The translations under genes were made by a program, and so were the position numbers. A stretch of DNA of 64,000 bases from Candidatus Cloacimonadota bacterium (lineage in GTDB: Bacteria; Cloacimonadota; Cloacimonadia; JGIOTU-2), in the NCBI GenBank assembly GCA_049903315.1, contig JBNGBT010000010.1:1-64000 (forward strand), given 5' to 3'. Of the stretch, positions 48,042-57,981 are shown piece by piece; position 1 is the stretch's first letter, and each line of letters begins with the position of its first letter. The notes beneath the pieces are model-generated. The model ran no database searches. It had not been told where the DNA came from and saw only the letters and a program-made list of their open reading frames with translations.

Positions 48042-49052
48042 ATGGCTAAAATGAAATATTTAGTCGCTTTTGTGTTAATTATGGTTATCGGTGCAAACAT
48101 ACTTTTTGCATCTGATACACAAATCCAGATGACTGTCTGGAATCGTTACACCAATGTAAAAACTGGTGATGAGGTTACAGAAGACCAATTCTCACTTCAA
48201 AGAGGTTACTTACGTTTAAATCACAACTTCAGCAGTGCAATTTTTGGTCGTTTCAATGTTGATTTCTTCTCTGATGAAGATGGGCTCGATGGTGCTGGTC
48301 TTAAAATCAAGTATGCTTACCTTGATTTCAAGAAGCTTATACCAATTCCAGATGCGGTATTTACAGCAGGTCTTATGAAAACCTATTTCGGAACGATCTA
48401 TGACTGGAGCTACATCACAGTTGAGAAAGACCCTTCAGATCTCTATAAAATTTGCTCATCCACCGACTATGGTCTTGGTATATCCGGCTTGATCCCCGGT
48501 GGTTTAGGTGAATATGCACTTGCTCTTTATAATGGAGAAGGTTACAAAAAGACAGGTAGTGATGTAAACAAATATCCTGCATTTGTCGGTAATGTTCGCG
48601 TGACACCGATTCCAGGTATTACAGTTGGCGGATCTGCAATCATTGCAAATAAGGTTGGAACAACTGAACCTTATGACAAGATGAATGCATATGCTGGTGT
48701 TGGTCGCTTCGTATTTGGTCCTATTGATATCTGGGCAGAATACATCATGAAGAACTACACTGATGAAACCAAATCAAGCTGCGAAACAAAAAGCGCTGGT
48801 TTCATGGTTATGCCAATTATCAAACTCTTTCCGAACTTTGAATTTGTATTCCGTTATGATCAATGGGATCCGAACACAGATCAGGACAATGACAAGAAGA
48901 ACATGTGGATCGCCGGATTGAACTATTATTGCGCAAGTAGTGTCATCCTTCAGCTTAACTATGAGAACATCTCATACGAAAGCAGTAAGTCCGAAGATAC
49001 TAAGAAGATCTATGCTCAGTTGAATTGGACCTTTAAAACTCCCAAATTTTAA
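48042..49052 (+). CDS. Outer-membrane porin, probably phosphate-selective (OprO/OprP-like)
   Basis: Signal peptide, FSLQRGYL, KIKYAYL, YNGEGY, RYDQWDP and terminal Phe; first gene after the Pho box. Confidence 0.75.
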   Translation: MAKMKYLVAFVLIMVIGANILFASDTQIQMTVWNRYTNVKTGDEVTEDQFSLQRGYLRLNHNFSSAIFGRFNVDFFSDEDGLDGAGLKIKYAYLDFKKLIPIPDAVFTAGLMKTYFGTIYDWSYITVEKDPSDLYKICSSTDYGLGISGLIPGGLGEYALALYNGEGYKKTGSDVNKYPAFVGNVRVTPIPGITVGGSAIIANKVGTTEPYDKMNAYAGVGRFVFGPIDIWAEYIMKNYTDETKSSCETKSAGFMVMPIIKLFPNFEFVFRYDQWDPNTDQDNDKKNMWIAGLNYYCASSVILQLNYENISYESSKSEDTKKIYAQLNWTFKTPKF

Positions 49053-49070
49053 TTAATTAAGGAGAAAACA

Positions 49071-49904
49071 ATGAAAAAAATACTTGTATTATTAACCTTG
49101 TTTGTCTTTATTTGCAGCTCAGTATTTGCCTTTCAGTGGCCCTGGGCAAAGAAAGATACCAAAACATTAACAATAACTGGTTCCACCACTGTCTTACCTA
49201 TTGCACAGAAAGCAGCAGAAGTGTATATGGACAGAAATCCTGGAGTAAATATATCTATTCGTGGAGGTGGATCAAGTGTGGGTATTGCATCACTTCTCGA
49301 CGGAACAGTTCAGATCGCGGATGCTTCACGTTCAATTAAAACCAAAGAATTGAAAGCAGCTCGCGAGAAAGGTATTAACCCAATCGGAAACGTGGTTGCA
49401 AAAGATGGTATTGCAGTTGTCGTTCATCCAAGTAATGGTATAAGCGAAATCACAATTGCCCAGATCAAAGCAATTTTTACTGGCGAGATCAGCAACTGGA
49501 AGGATCTTGGCGGGATTCCAGGACCTATTGTTGCAATTTCCCGTGACAACTCTTCCGGAACCTATGAAGTATTCAATGCACTTGCGCTTGGCGGAGGAAA
49601 GGTTCGTGAAGATGCAGTGACCCTTGCATCTAATAATGCTGTAGCACAAACAGTAAGCCAGACACCTGCTGCGATCGGCTATGTAGGTCTTGGTTATCTC
49701 TCTGATGCAGTAAAAGCGCTTAAGGTCGGTGGCGTCATGCCAAGTAATGCGACCGTTAATTCAGGAGCATATAAACTTGCTCGTCCTCTCTATATGTACA
49801 CCAATGGTCCAGCTAAAGGTCTTGCAAAAGACTATCTTGACTTCATATGGTCTGCTCAAGGCCAAAAACTTGTTGAAGAATTAGGTTTCGTGCCTCTTAG
49901 ATAA
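49071..49904 (+). CDS. pstS: Phosphate ABC transporter substrate-binding protein
   Basis: GSTTVLP, GGGSSVG, ASRSIK, SRDNSSGTYEVF and LARPLYMY motifs. Confidence 0.96.
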   Translation: MKKILVLLTLFVFICSSVFAFQWPWAKKDTKTLTITGSTTVLPIAQKAAEVYMDRNPGVNISIRGGGSSVGIASLLDGTVQIADASRSIKTKELKAAREKGINPIGNVVAKDGIAVVVHPSNGISEITIAQIKAIFTGEISNWKDLGGIPGPIVAISRDNSSGTYEVFNALALGGGKVREDAVTLASNNAVAQTVSQTPAAIGYVGLGYLSDAVKALKVGGVMPSNATVNSGAYKLARPLYMYTNGPAKGLAKDYLDFIWSAQGQKLVEELGFVPLR

Positions 49905-49911
49905 ATATTGT

Positions 49912-49967
49912 GTTGAGATGGTATTCTCATCGAAGGGCGAGAGAATATCTCGCCCTTCATACTCAAC
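49912..49967 (+). promoter_or_regulatory. Intercistronic stem-loop between pstS and pstC
   Basis: 11-bp perfect stem GAAGGGCGAGA/TCTCGCCCTTC (49932-49958), outer GTTGAG/CTCAAC pairing, no U-tract. Confidence 0.65.
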
Positions 49968-49982
49968 CAAGAAAGCTGAAAG

Positions 49983-50840
49983 ATGAAAGAAAAAATAATT
50001 AAACTGATCCTGCTTATTAGTGCATTGGTTTCAATATTTTTCCTGTGTGGAATCACACTGACACTTTTTACAGAAAGTCTCCCGCTTTTCAAAGAATATA
50101 ATCTTTTTAAATTTCTCACAGGTACACACTGGTATCCCACGAGATATCCTGCAGAAATGGGAATCCTTCCGCTTATTGTCGGCACACTCATTGTTACCCT
50201 GGGAACTCTTTTCATTGCTGTTCCTCTTGGAGTAGGTACGGCGATCTATATTTCGGAAGTCGCACCATATCGTATTAAAGAATTTCTTAAACCGACTGTC
50301 GAGCTTCTGGCAAGTGTGCCTTCTGTTATTTACGGGCTTTTCGGAATGGTTTTTTTAGCTCCTCTTGTTCAGAAAGTATTTAATATACCGATAGGATTGA
50401 ATGCATTCACCGCTTCGATCATTTTAGGGATGATGGCACTCCCAACCGTGGCAAGTATCGCAGAAGATGCAATAGGGTCTGTTCCAAAGAATCTACGAGA
50501 AGCTTCCTTTGCACTTGGTGCAACAAAGTGGGAAACAATAACAAAAACTGTTGTTCCTGCTGCTTCTTCTGGAATAATTGCCAGTATCATTTTAGGTTTG
50601 GGTAGAGCTATTGGCGAAACAATGACCGTGCTCATGGTAGCAGGTGGTGCAGCACAAATACCACATTCAATCTTTGATCCAGTACGAACAATGACCGCAA
50701 CGATCGCTGCCGAAATGGGTGAAGCACCAATGGGAAGTATGCACTATCAAGCACTGTTTGCCATTGCATTGGTACTTTTTTTTATGACTCTTGGGTTTAA
50801 CCTTTTGGCAGATTGGGTAGCACACAGAAAGAAAATATGA
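49983..50840 (+). CDS. pstC: Phosphate ABC transporter permease
   Basis: ELLASVPSVIYG, EASFALGATKWET and GRAIGETM motifs. Confidence 0.96.
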   Translation: MKEKIIKLILLISALVSIFFLCGITLTLFTESLPLFKEYNLFKFLTGTHWYPTRYPAEMGILPLIVGTLIVTLGTLFIAVPLGVGTAIYISEVAPYRIKEFLKPTVELLASVPSVIYGLFGMVFLAPLVQKVFNIPIGLNAFTASIILGMMALPTVASIAEDAIGSVPKNLREASFALGATKWETITKTVVPAASSGIIASIILGLGRAIGETMTVLMVAGGAAQIPHSIFDPVRTMTATIAAEMGEAPMGSMHYQALFAIALVLFFMTLGFNLLADWVAHRKKI

Positions 50841-51685
50841 GAAAGTTCAAACAACAATTTGGTTTTATTCTTCTTCGATTATCGATATTGCTGGCTATTA
50901 TCTTTCTTTTTTCATTGATCATAGTAATCATCGTAAAGGGCTCCAAAGTTATTTCAATTCCATTTCTTACAGAATTTCCAAAAGATGGTATGACAAGCGG
51001 TGGCATTTATCCTGCAATAATCGGATCCTTCCTGCTGGCACTCGGAGCTATTATCTTTGCGCTTCCACTCGGTGTTTTTGCAGCGATATATTTACGAGAG
51101 TATGCAAAAAGTTATCGCTTGATTAGAATAATCAGGGTTGGCGTGAATAACCTTGCAGGTGTGCCCTCAGTTGTTTTTGGTTTGTTTGGACTGGCAGTTT
51201 TTGTGAAATTTTTTCAATTTGGAGTTTCTTTACTCTCTGGAGCGCTCACTCTGGGAATATTGATTCTGCCAATAATTATTCGTTCGACTGAAGAAGCTAT
51301 CGCGACAGTGCCCGAAAGTTTTAGAGAAGCATCATACGGATTGGGCGCTTCCAAATGGCATACAGTACGACATGTCGTACTACCAGTTGCTATGCCCGGA
51401 ATCCTGACAGGAGCAATCCTCGGTATTGGAAGAGCTGCAGGAGAAACAGCACCGATATTATTCACTGCCGCAACATTTTATACACGCAGGTTACCCTCTA
51501 CGGTTTTTGATGAGGTTATGGCGCTTCCTTATCATATATATGCTCTTATGACAGAAGGAACAAAGCCACAGTATCAGGTGCCTATCGCCTATGGAACCGC
51601 ATTGGTTTTGCTACTTCTGGTTCTTACAATAAATCTGATTGCAATTATTATTCGTTATAGAGCAAGAAAGGCAAAGAAATGGTAA
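50837..51685 (+). CDS. pstA: Phosphate ABC transporter permease
   Basis: [10 protein letters not shown] and GRAAGETAP motifs; ATGA overlap with pstC stop. Confidence 0.95.
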   Translation: MRKFKQQFGFILLRLSILLAIIFLFSLIIVIIVKGSKVISIPFLTEFPKDGMTSGGIYPAIIGSFLLALGAIIFALPLGVFAAIYLREYAKSYRLIRIIRVGVNNLAGVPSVVFGLFGLAVFVKFFQFGVSLLSGALTLGILILPIIIRSTEEAIATVPESFREASYGLGASKWHTVRHVVLPVAMPGILTGAILGIGRAAGETAPILFTAATFYTRRLPSTVFDEVMALPYHIYALMTEGTKPQYQVPIAYGTALVLLLLVLTINLIAIIIRYRARKAKKW

Positions 51686-52440
51686 ACAATAATGCTATCG
51701 TTCATACAAATAATCTGAATTTATGGTTCGGCAGTAAACATGTATTGATAGATCTTAATTTAGATATTCTTGAAAAATCAATCACCGCGATTATGGGTCC
51801 TTCAGGATGTGGAAAATCGACCTTTTTACGATGCCTGAATCGCATGAATGACCTTATCCTTGAGACAAAGATAGAAGGCTCGGTGTTTATTGATGAACAA
51901 GATATCTATACCCCAAAAACTGATATTACCGCATTAAGAAAAAAAGTGGGCATGATTTTTCAACGACCGAATCCATTTCCAAAGTCAATATATGATAATA
52001 TTGCATATGGGCTGAAGGTCAATCAGGTTAAAAAGAGTAGAATTCCTGAGATCGTTGAGCAAAGTTTAAAAGATACTGCATTGTGGGAAGAAGTAAAAGA
52101 CCGCCTTCATGATTCTGCAATGTCCCTCTCCGGCGGGCAGCAACAAAGGTTGTGCACAGCACGGGCTATCGCAGTGGAACCTGAAATTGTTCTGATGGAC
52201 GAGCCGGCTTCTGCACTCGATCCGGCAGGCACACTAAAAATTGAAGAATTAATGGAAAAGTTAAAAGAAAAATATACTATCATACTTGTTACTCATAATA
52301 TGCAGCAGGCAGCTCGCGTGTCTGATCATACTGCGTTTTTTTATGTTGGAGAACTGATCGAATACGGTGATACAGAACAGATTTTTATGAACCCAAAACA
52401 TAAACTGACCGAATCATACATCAGCGGAAAATTTGGGTAA
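51679..52440 (+). CDS. pstB: Phosphate ABC transporter ATPase
   Basis: [27 protein letters not shown] and [13 protein letters not shown] motifs. Confidence 0.97.
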   Translation: MVNNNAIVHTNNLNLWFGSKHVLIDLNLDILEKSITAIMGPSGCGKSTFLRCLNRMNDLILETKIEGSVFIDEQDIYTPKTDITALRKKVGMIFQRPNPFPKSIYDNIAYGLKVNQVKKSRIPEIVEQSLKDTALWEEVKDRLHDSAMSLSGGQQQRLCTARAIAVEPEIVLMDEPASALDPAGTLKIEELMEKLKEKYTIILVTHNMQQAARVSDHTAFFYVGELIEYGDTEQIFMNPKHKLTESYISGKFG

Positions 52441-52454
52441 GAGAAGAGGTTTCC

Positions 52455-53132
52455 ATGGTTAGAGAACAATATATCGAAGGATTAAAAGAGATCGAACAAG
52501 GTGCGATAAGCATTGGAGAAATGGTTTTGACAGCGTTGAGTGATGCGATTGATGCACTAATGAAACATGATTCCGAGAAGGCATATGACGTTATTTCTCG
52601 CGATATTAATATTAATAAGAAACGCTGGAAAGTCGAAGAAAAATGCATTATGCTTATTGCAACCCAACAACCTGTTGCAACAGATCTGCGCGAGATTATA
52701 GCATCTCTGAACATCGTTACGGATTTTGAGAGAATGGGAGATCATGCTCAGGGCATCGCCAAAGTAATGTTGCGCCTAGAATCCGAACCTCCAATGAAAA
52801 CTTTGCAGACTGTTTTTGATATGTCACAGGCAGTACTGAGTATGATAAAAAGAAGTATCAACGCATATATTGCAAGGGACATAAAAGAAGCGCTGAAAAT
52901 ATTTAAACATGACGATGTCGTAGATAATTTTTACAATAAAATATTTGATGAGATCGTGACTTATGAGAAGGAGAATCCTAGGCGTTTTAAAGTAGGAACA
53001 TACTTCCTCTGGATTACCCATGACCTTGAACGAATAGCAGATCGTGTGGCAAATATTTGTGAGCGGATTGTGTATTTGGTTCATGGAGAAATGGAAGATT
53101 TAAAAACGTTCAAACCCAAGAGTTTCTCGTAA
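52455..53132 (+). CDS. phoU: Phosphate signalling protein PhoU
   Basis: QQPVATDLR, DFERMGDHA and LERIADRVANICE motifs. Confidence 0.95.
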   Translation: MVREQYIEGLKEIEQGAISIGEMVLTALSDAIDALMKHDSEKAYDVISRDININKKRWKVEEKCIMLIATQQPVATDLREIIASLNIVTDFERMGDHAQGIAKVMLRLESEPPMKTLQTVFDMSQAVLSMIKRSINAYIARDIKEALKIFKHDDVVDNFYNKIFDEIVTYEKENPRRFKVGTYFLWITHDLERIADRVANICERIVYLVHGEMEDLKTFKPKSFS

Positions 53133-53179
53133 TTGTAAGAAGGTACATTCATAGTACTCCTCCCTAAACAATTACTCAT

Positions 53180-53212
53180 AGCGGATAATCGAAAGGTTGT
53201 CCGTTTTATTTT
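53180..53212 (+). terminator. Intrinsic terminator of pst operon
   Basis: AGCGGATAATC-GAAA-GGTTGTCCGTT stem with G-U pairs, followed by T-rich tail. Confidence 0.75.
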
Positions 53213-53227
53213 ATTTATTAACTAAGT

Positions 53228-53355
53228 GTGCTCGTTACAAAGTTTAACTTTGTCACGAGAAGAATAAAAGTAGCTCAAAATTCAGGTGTCGAGCACGCAA
53301 GATCAATCTCCTTCAGATTGATCGGAATACGCCTTGATAAATTGAAATCTTGCGT
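53228..53355. repeat. Cluster of nested palindromes (REP-like)
   Basis: CTCGTTACAAAGTT-T-AACTTTGTCACGAG (53231-53259); GATCAATCT/AGATTGATC hairpin; ACGCAAGAT (53295) / ATCTTGCGT (53347) inverted pair. Confidence 0.6.
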
Positions 53356-53705
53356 TACATGATATCATTTATTAATTTTCTTATTCCTGTTTCCAAATTT
53401 ATTATATCTTCAATTATAGTATTCCATACGACTTGTATGTCAACACCGAAATAATCATGAATCAGTTTGTCTCTCATACCAGCCATAAATCGCCATGGAA
53501 TATCTGAATAAGTCTTCTGCACTTCTTTCGGTATTTTCTTTGATGCTTCACCAATTATTTCTAAAGCACGAATTACAGCGTATTGTGATTTTTTATCTTC
53601 TTGAAAGGTTGGAAAATCCATATCCTGGATGAATAATTTGATGTTGGTTATAGATTCTAAAATATCATTCACGTAATCCGAAATTATTTTTTCTTCTTTC
53701 TTCAT
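53355..53705 (-). CDS. HEPN/DUF86 ribonuclease toxin (HepT-like)
   Basis: RALEIIGEASK, IPW and RX4HXY motif RDKLIHDY. Confidence 0.92.
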   Translation of the reverse strand: MKKEEKIISDYVNDILESITNIKLFIQDMDFPTFQEDKKSQYAVIRALEIIGEASKKIPKEVQKTYSDIPWRFMAGMRDKLIHDYFGVDIQVVWNTIIEDIINLETGIRKLINDIM

Positions 53706-54001
53706 GCTACTAATTGTGCTTCAGAGATAATTCGTCGCCCTATGTTTGTTTTTAATGAACTTTTCATTACAAGATCGACTTTTACACCAAGCAACCCACT
53801 TAATAAATCTTCCAATTCAATGAACTTGAACAGGGAAGGAGCTTTGGAGAAAGTAACCAATATATCTAAATCACTCTTGGGTGTTTGTTCATTTCTCACA
53901 TAAGATCCAAACACTTCAAGCGATGTTACATAATATTGAGTCCTCAGCAGAGGTAATTCTTCTCTTAATTTTAATAGGATATTATTTAATTTATTATTCA
54001 T
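53702..54001 (-). CDS. Minimal nucleotidyltransferase antitoxin (MntA-like)
   Basis: GSX10DXD motif GSYVRNEQTPKSDLD, KVDLV; 4-bp overlap with HEPN gene. Confidence 0.92.
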   Translation of the reverse strand: MNNKLNNILLKLREELPLLRTQYYVTSLEVFGSYVRNEQTPKSDLDILVTFSKAPSLFKFIELEDLLSGLLGVKVDLVMKSSLKTNIGRRIISEAQLVA

Positions 54002-54057
54002 GATAAAATAATATTTTAAGAAAGCATATTTTATGTCAAATTATTATTTCTTGTCTC

Positions 54058-54086
54058 CTCAGTGCCCTCTGCGTCGTCTGTAGTGA
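54058..54086 (+). repeat. Degenerate 9-bp tandem repeat x3
   Basis: ctcagtgcc ctctgcgtc gtctgtagt ga, GC-rich within an AT-rich spacer. Confidence 0.55.
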
Positions 54087-54098
54087 GATGTAATTGAT

Positions 54099-55082
54099 TT
54101 ATGCTTTTACTTCAATTGCTTTCTTTGGGCATACATCAATACAAATGCCACACTGAATACATTTCTCCTCATCAATTTTATGAACCTCTTTTACTTTTCC
54201 ATCAATCGCACTCACAGGGCATTTCTTTGCACAGATCGTACATCCGATGCATTTTTCTTCAATAATAATGGGTTGAGGACGGGTTTTAATTCTATCTTCA
54301 ATTGCTTTTGTAGGGCACACAGTCGCACACAAACCGCAGGATACACACTTGTCATAATTTATTGTAGCAAGGTTATTCTCAAGAGTTATCGCATCGACCG
54401 GACACTTCTTTGCACATAAGCCGCAGCCAATACAGGCAGTTTTATTTCCGCAGTTCGCTTTGGCATCTTTACCTTTATCGTGAGACATGCAAAGTATATG
54501 CACTTTTTTACTGATCGGAACCAGCTCAATAAGATCTCTCGGGCAGGCCTCCACACATTTTCCACAGCCCGTGCATTTCTCTTCGTCAATGATGCGCATA
54601 TTATTCTCATCGATAGAGATCGCATCAAAAATACAAGCATCATAACAATCATTATAACCAAGACAGCCATACGTGCAGGCATTTTGTCCGTTGGAAAGAA
54701 GAACCGCTGCTTTGCATGTGGCAATGCCTTTATTTTCAAATGTTATATTTGTGTTATTATTTCCGCCGCTTTGGCAATGGATAACTGCAATGTTTCTTTC
54801 TTTTTTACCAGCTTTTGTTCCCATGATCTTTGCAATTTCTGCTGCAACCGCGTCTCCACCAGGTGCACACAATGTCGGTTCTGCACCGGATTTGACAACT
54901 GCTTCTGCATACCCGGAGCATCCCGGATAGCCGCACGCACCGCAATTGACTTTTGGTAATATTTCTTCGATCTGTTCAATTTTGGGATCAACATCAACAT
55001 GAAATACCTTCGAGGCAAAGGAGAGTGCAATGCCGAATAAAATACCAAGAACGCTTAAAACAATGATGGAAACCAATAACAT
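54099..55082 (-). CDS. rnfB: Rnf complex subunit B (extended polyferredoxin)
   Basis: N-terminal [16 protein letters not shown] and several CxxCxxCxxxCP motifs. Confidence 0.95.
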   Translation of the reverse strand: MLLVSIIVLSVLGILFGIALSFASKVFHVDVDPKIEQIEEILPKVNCGACGYPGCSGYAEAVVKSGAEPTLCAPGGDAVAAEIAKIMGTKAGKKERNIAVIHCQSGGNNNTNITFENKGIATCKAAVLLSNGQNACTYGCLGYNDCYDACIFDAISIDENNMRIIDEEKCTGCGKCVEACPRDLIELVPISKKVHILCMSHDKGKDAKANCGNKTACIGCGLCAKKCPVDAITLENNLATINYDKCVSCGLCATVCPTKAIEDRIKTRPQPIIIEEKCIGCTICAKKCPVSAIDGKVKEVHKIDEEKCIQCGICIDVCPKKAIEVKA

Positions 55083-55094
55083 GAGTGCTCCTTA

Positions 55095-55697
55095 TTAAAA
55101 TTTCATCCCGGAAAATCCGAGAAAGGCAAGTGCCATACATCCTGCAACAATGAATGAAATAGGCATTCCCTTCATAGATTTGGGAACTTTGCTGTATTCA
55201 AGGCGTTCGCGGATGCCAGCCATGAGCACGAGAACAAGCGTGAAGCCAACTCCTGCCGCGGCGCCGTTTACAATAGACTCAATAAAGTTATAATTCTCAT
55301 TGATATTAAGCAAAGAGACACCAAGAACAGCACAGTTCGTTGTAATGAGTGGAAGATAGATACCAAGTGCTTTGTAGAGCTCAGGTGCTGTTTTTTTGAT
55401 CACCATTTCAACAAATTGCACAAGCACTGCAATGCTGAGAATAAATGTTATCGTACGAAGGAAGGTGAGATCGATGCCGAAGATGCTGGTCGCATCATTA
55501 AGGAAAAATGTGTAGATCAGCCAGGTGATCGTGGACGCCATGGTCATCACGAAGATAACTGCCATGCCCATGCCAAGGGCGGAGTCCATCTTCTTGGATA
55601 CACCAATATAAGGACAGAGTCCGAGAAAACGAGAAATAACGAAGTTGTTAATAAATATCGATCCGATAATAATAATAAAAAGTGTTGAGAAATCCAT
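55095..55697 (-). CDS. rnfA: Rnf complex subunit A
   Basis: FLGLCPYIG, LPLITTNCAVLG and GIRERL motifs. Confidence 0.95.
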   Translation of the reverse strand: MDFSTLFIIIIGSIFINNFVISRFLGLCPYIGVSKKMDSALGMGMAVIFVMTMASTITWLIYTFFLNDATSIFGIDLTFLRTITFILSIAVLVQFVEMVIKKTAPELYKALGIYLPLITTNCAVLGVSLLNINENYNFIESIVNGAAAGVGFTLVLVLMAGIRERLEYSKVPKSMKGMPISFIVAGCMALAFLGFSGMKF

Positions 55698-55709
55698 ATG
55701 TGCTCCTTG

Positions 55710-56315
55710 TTAATTCGCCTTAGATTTCTTCTTGTTTTGAACAATATTTAACAAGCCCATTAAAAGACCGATTGTGATAAAAGCGCCGGGAGGAAGAATT
55801 GCGACGATCATCGGTTTGTATGATGCAGGGAGAAGATGAATATTCAGGAGAGCGCCTGTACCAAGAATTTCCCTGATAGATGCAATAACCATGATCGCCA
55901 GCATGAAGCCAAGTCCCATACCGAGTCCGTCGAGCATGGATTTGAACACGCCATTCTTGCTTGCAAATGCTTCAGCTCTCCCAAGAATGATACAGTTCAC
56001 CACAATAAGCGGAATAAAGATCCCGAGACTCTTGTGAAGTGCAGGCACGTACGCTTCCATTGTCATGTCGACGATCGTTACGAACGATGCGATCACCAGA
56101 ATAAAACAGGGAATACGGACCTTGCTCGGAATTACATTTTTTAAGAGAGAGATTAAGATATTCGAACACACGAGAACAAAGGTCGCTGCAGTACCCATTC
56201 CGATCGCATTCTGAACTGAAGTACTGACTGCCAGTGTGGGGCACAAGCCAAGTGCCATCACGAAAACAGGATTTTCTTTTATGATGCCTTTTGTAAATTC
56301 TTGAAATGCTTTCAT
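55710..56315 (-). CDS. rnfE: Rnf complex subunit E
   Basis: LGLCPTLAVS, PLIVVNCIILGRAEAFA and PPGAF motifs. Confidence 0.95.
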   Translation of the reverse strand: MKAFQEFTKGIIKENPVFVMALGLCPTLAVSTSVQNAIGMGTAATFVLVCSNILISLLKNVIPSKVRIPCFILVIASFVTIVDMTMEAYVPALHKSLGIFIPLIVVNCIILGRAEAFASKNGVFKSMLDGLGMGLGFMLAIMVIASIREILGTGALLNIHLLPASYKPMIVAILPPGAFITIGLLMGLLNIVQNKKKSKAN

Positions 56316-56327
56316 TGTTCTCCTCGG

Positions 56328-56858
56328 CTATAATCTATCACGAAGCTTTTGAAAAGTGTCACGAATTGCATTGGTCACTGCGCGGGTTGTAATGGTCGCA
56401 CCGGTAAGGGATTGGATGTCCCCACCGTCTTTATCAACATAGATATTTCCGGGATTTTTATCAGAGAATTGAGCAGTGAAATCTGGTTTTGTGCAATTTG
56501 CTCCAAGACCGGGAGTTTCTGATTGCGAGACGACAGTGATCGCACTTATCATGAGTTCAGGAGTAAGCCCGACTATCGTCTTCACATCGCTGCTATAACC
56601 GTATTGTTCACAGGAAAAAACATATCCCACGAGTGTGCTGTCTGCAGAATAACCTTCATAAAATAATACAGTACTACTGTCTGATACCGGCTTGAAGGAT
56701 TCAGCATCAGGGAGGACAAGTCTGCGTGCAGCTTCTACTGCTTTCAGCTTATTTTCAGCTATGAGAGGTGCGGTCTGTGTGTAGATCAGCGAGAGTATAG
56801 CTCCAGCGATCACACAGATGATCAACAAAACCAGAGTTGGACAAATAAAATCTTTCAT
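56328..56858 (-). CDS. rnfG: Rnf complex subunit G
   Basis: ETPGLG and covalent FMN site TGATIT. Confidence 0.94.
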   Translation of the reverse strand: MKDFICPTLVLLIICVIAGAILSLIYTQTAPLIAENKLKAVEAARRLVLPDAESFKPVSDSSTVLFYEGYSADSTLVGYVFSCEQYGYSSDVKTIVGLTPELMISAITVVSQSETPGLGANCTKPDFTAQFSDKNPGNIYVDKDGGDIQSLTGATITTRAVTNAIRDTFQKLRDRL

Positions 56859-56879
56859 ATTATCCTCAAAAATATATAC

Positions 56880-57959
56880 TTATTTTTTAGATTTCTTTCT
56901 GGAACCAAATGCCTTTTGCGGGGTAATTTTATCAATGAGTGGAGCGGCAACATTCATAATAAGAATGGAATATGAGACACCTTCGGGATACCCGCCCCAT
57001 GTGCGGATCACGACAGTGAGTAGTCCGCAGCCAATGCCAAAGATAAGCCGCCCGTTTTTGGTCACAGGAGTGGTAACCATATCTGTAGCCATAAAGAAAG
57101 CTCCGAGAATGAGACCGCCGGAGAAAATATGGAATAAGATAGGACCGGAAAAGAGTCCGTCGATACCGCCAACCATCCAGCTCAGAAATGCCACAGTGCC
57201 GATGTAGCCAATGGGTATCCGCCATTCGATGTAGTGCTTATACACCAGAATAGCAGCTCCGAGTATCAGTGCGGCTGCAGATACTTCACCGATACATCCG
57301 CCGATATTACCCCAGAAAAGTTCTTTGATATAATCCAGGGATGAGAGTTGGTGGAAAATGGTTCTGGCAGAATCACCCGCAGTGCCGGCAATGATATCAC
57401 CGCGAACCTGTTGAGCGAGATTAAGGGGAGTTGCTGAAGTGATCAAATTTTGGAGTTGAGCATCTCCGCCAGTTATTAAAGTTTGCTTAAGTCCTGAAAC
57501 AGTCGCAACTCCGGCGTTTGCCAGCTTCGTAGCCCAGCCGGTCGTCATTTGGACAGGCCAGGATGCCATAAGGAAGGCACGCGCAAGGAGCGCTGGATTC
57601 ACGGGGTTGTATCCCAAGCCACCGAAGATCTGTTTGCCGATAGTGATCGCAAAAACAGAACCCACAACAGGAATCCACCATGGAGTAAGGGGTGGGAGAT
57701 TAAAAGCAAGAAGCATTCCTGTGACAACTGCACTTCCGTCAGAGATCGTTACAGGTCTTTTTGTTAAAAATTGTACAAGAGCTTCAGTTACAACAGCAGC
57801 AACTACACCGAGAATGGTTATCCAGATAGATCGCCATCCAAAGAAAAGATATGCAGCGAGAAGCGCAGGCAGAAGGGCTATCACCACAGTCCACATTACC
57901 CGACGAACACTTACCTGTTCATGCAGGTGCGGAGAACAAGAGACATTCACTAAACTCAC
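56880..57959 (-). CDS. rnfD: Rnf complex subunit D
   Basis: SPH, DGSAVVTG, KQIFGGLGYNPVNPA, TSATPL and MATD motifs; start set at GTG 57959 after GGAGG. Confidence 0.95.
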   Translation of the reverse strand: MSLVNVSCSPHLHEQVSVRRVMWTVVIALLPALLAAYLFFGWRSIWITILGVVAAVVTEALVQFLTKRPVTISDGSAVVTGMLLAFNLPPLTPWWIPVVGSVFAITIGKQIFGGLGYNPVNPALLARAFLMASWPVQMTTGWATKLANAGVATVSGLKQTLITGGDAQLQNLITSATPLNLAQQVRGDIIAGTAGDSARTIFHQLSSLDYIKELFWGNIGGCIGEVSAAALILGAAILVYKHYIEWRIPIGYIGTVAFLSWMVGGIDGLFSGPILFHIFSGGLILGAFFMATDMVTTPVTKNGRLIFGIGCGLLTVVIRTWGGYPEGVSYSILIMNVAAPLIDKITPQKAFGSRKKSKK

Positions 57960-57981
57960 GAGTGAAACCTCCAAAAACTAT

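Noticed and set aside
53216..53360. Possible integron attC site after the HEPN gene (TAAC ... GTTAATA on minus strand)
   Set aside because: Putative L'' and L' boxes are not complementary and no integrase is present
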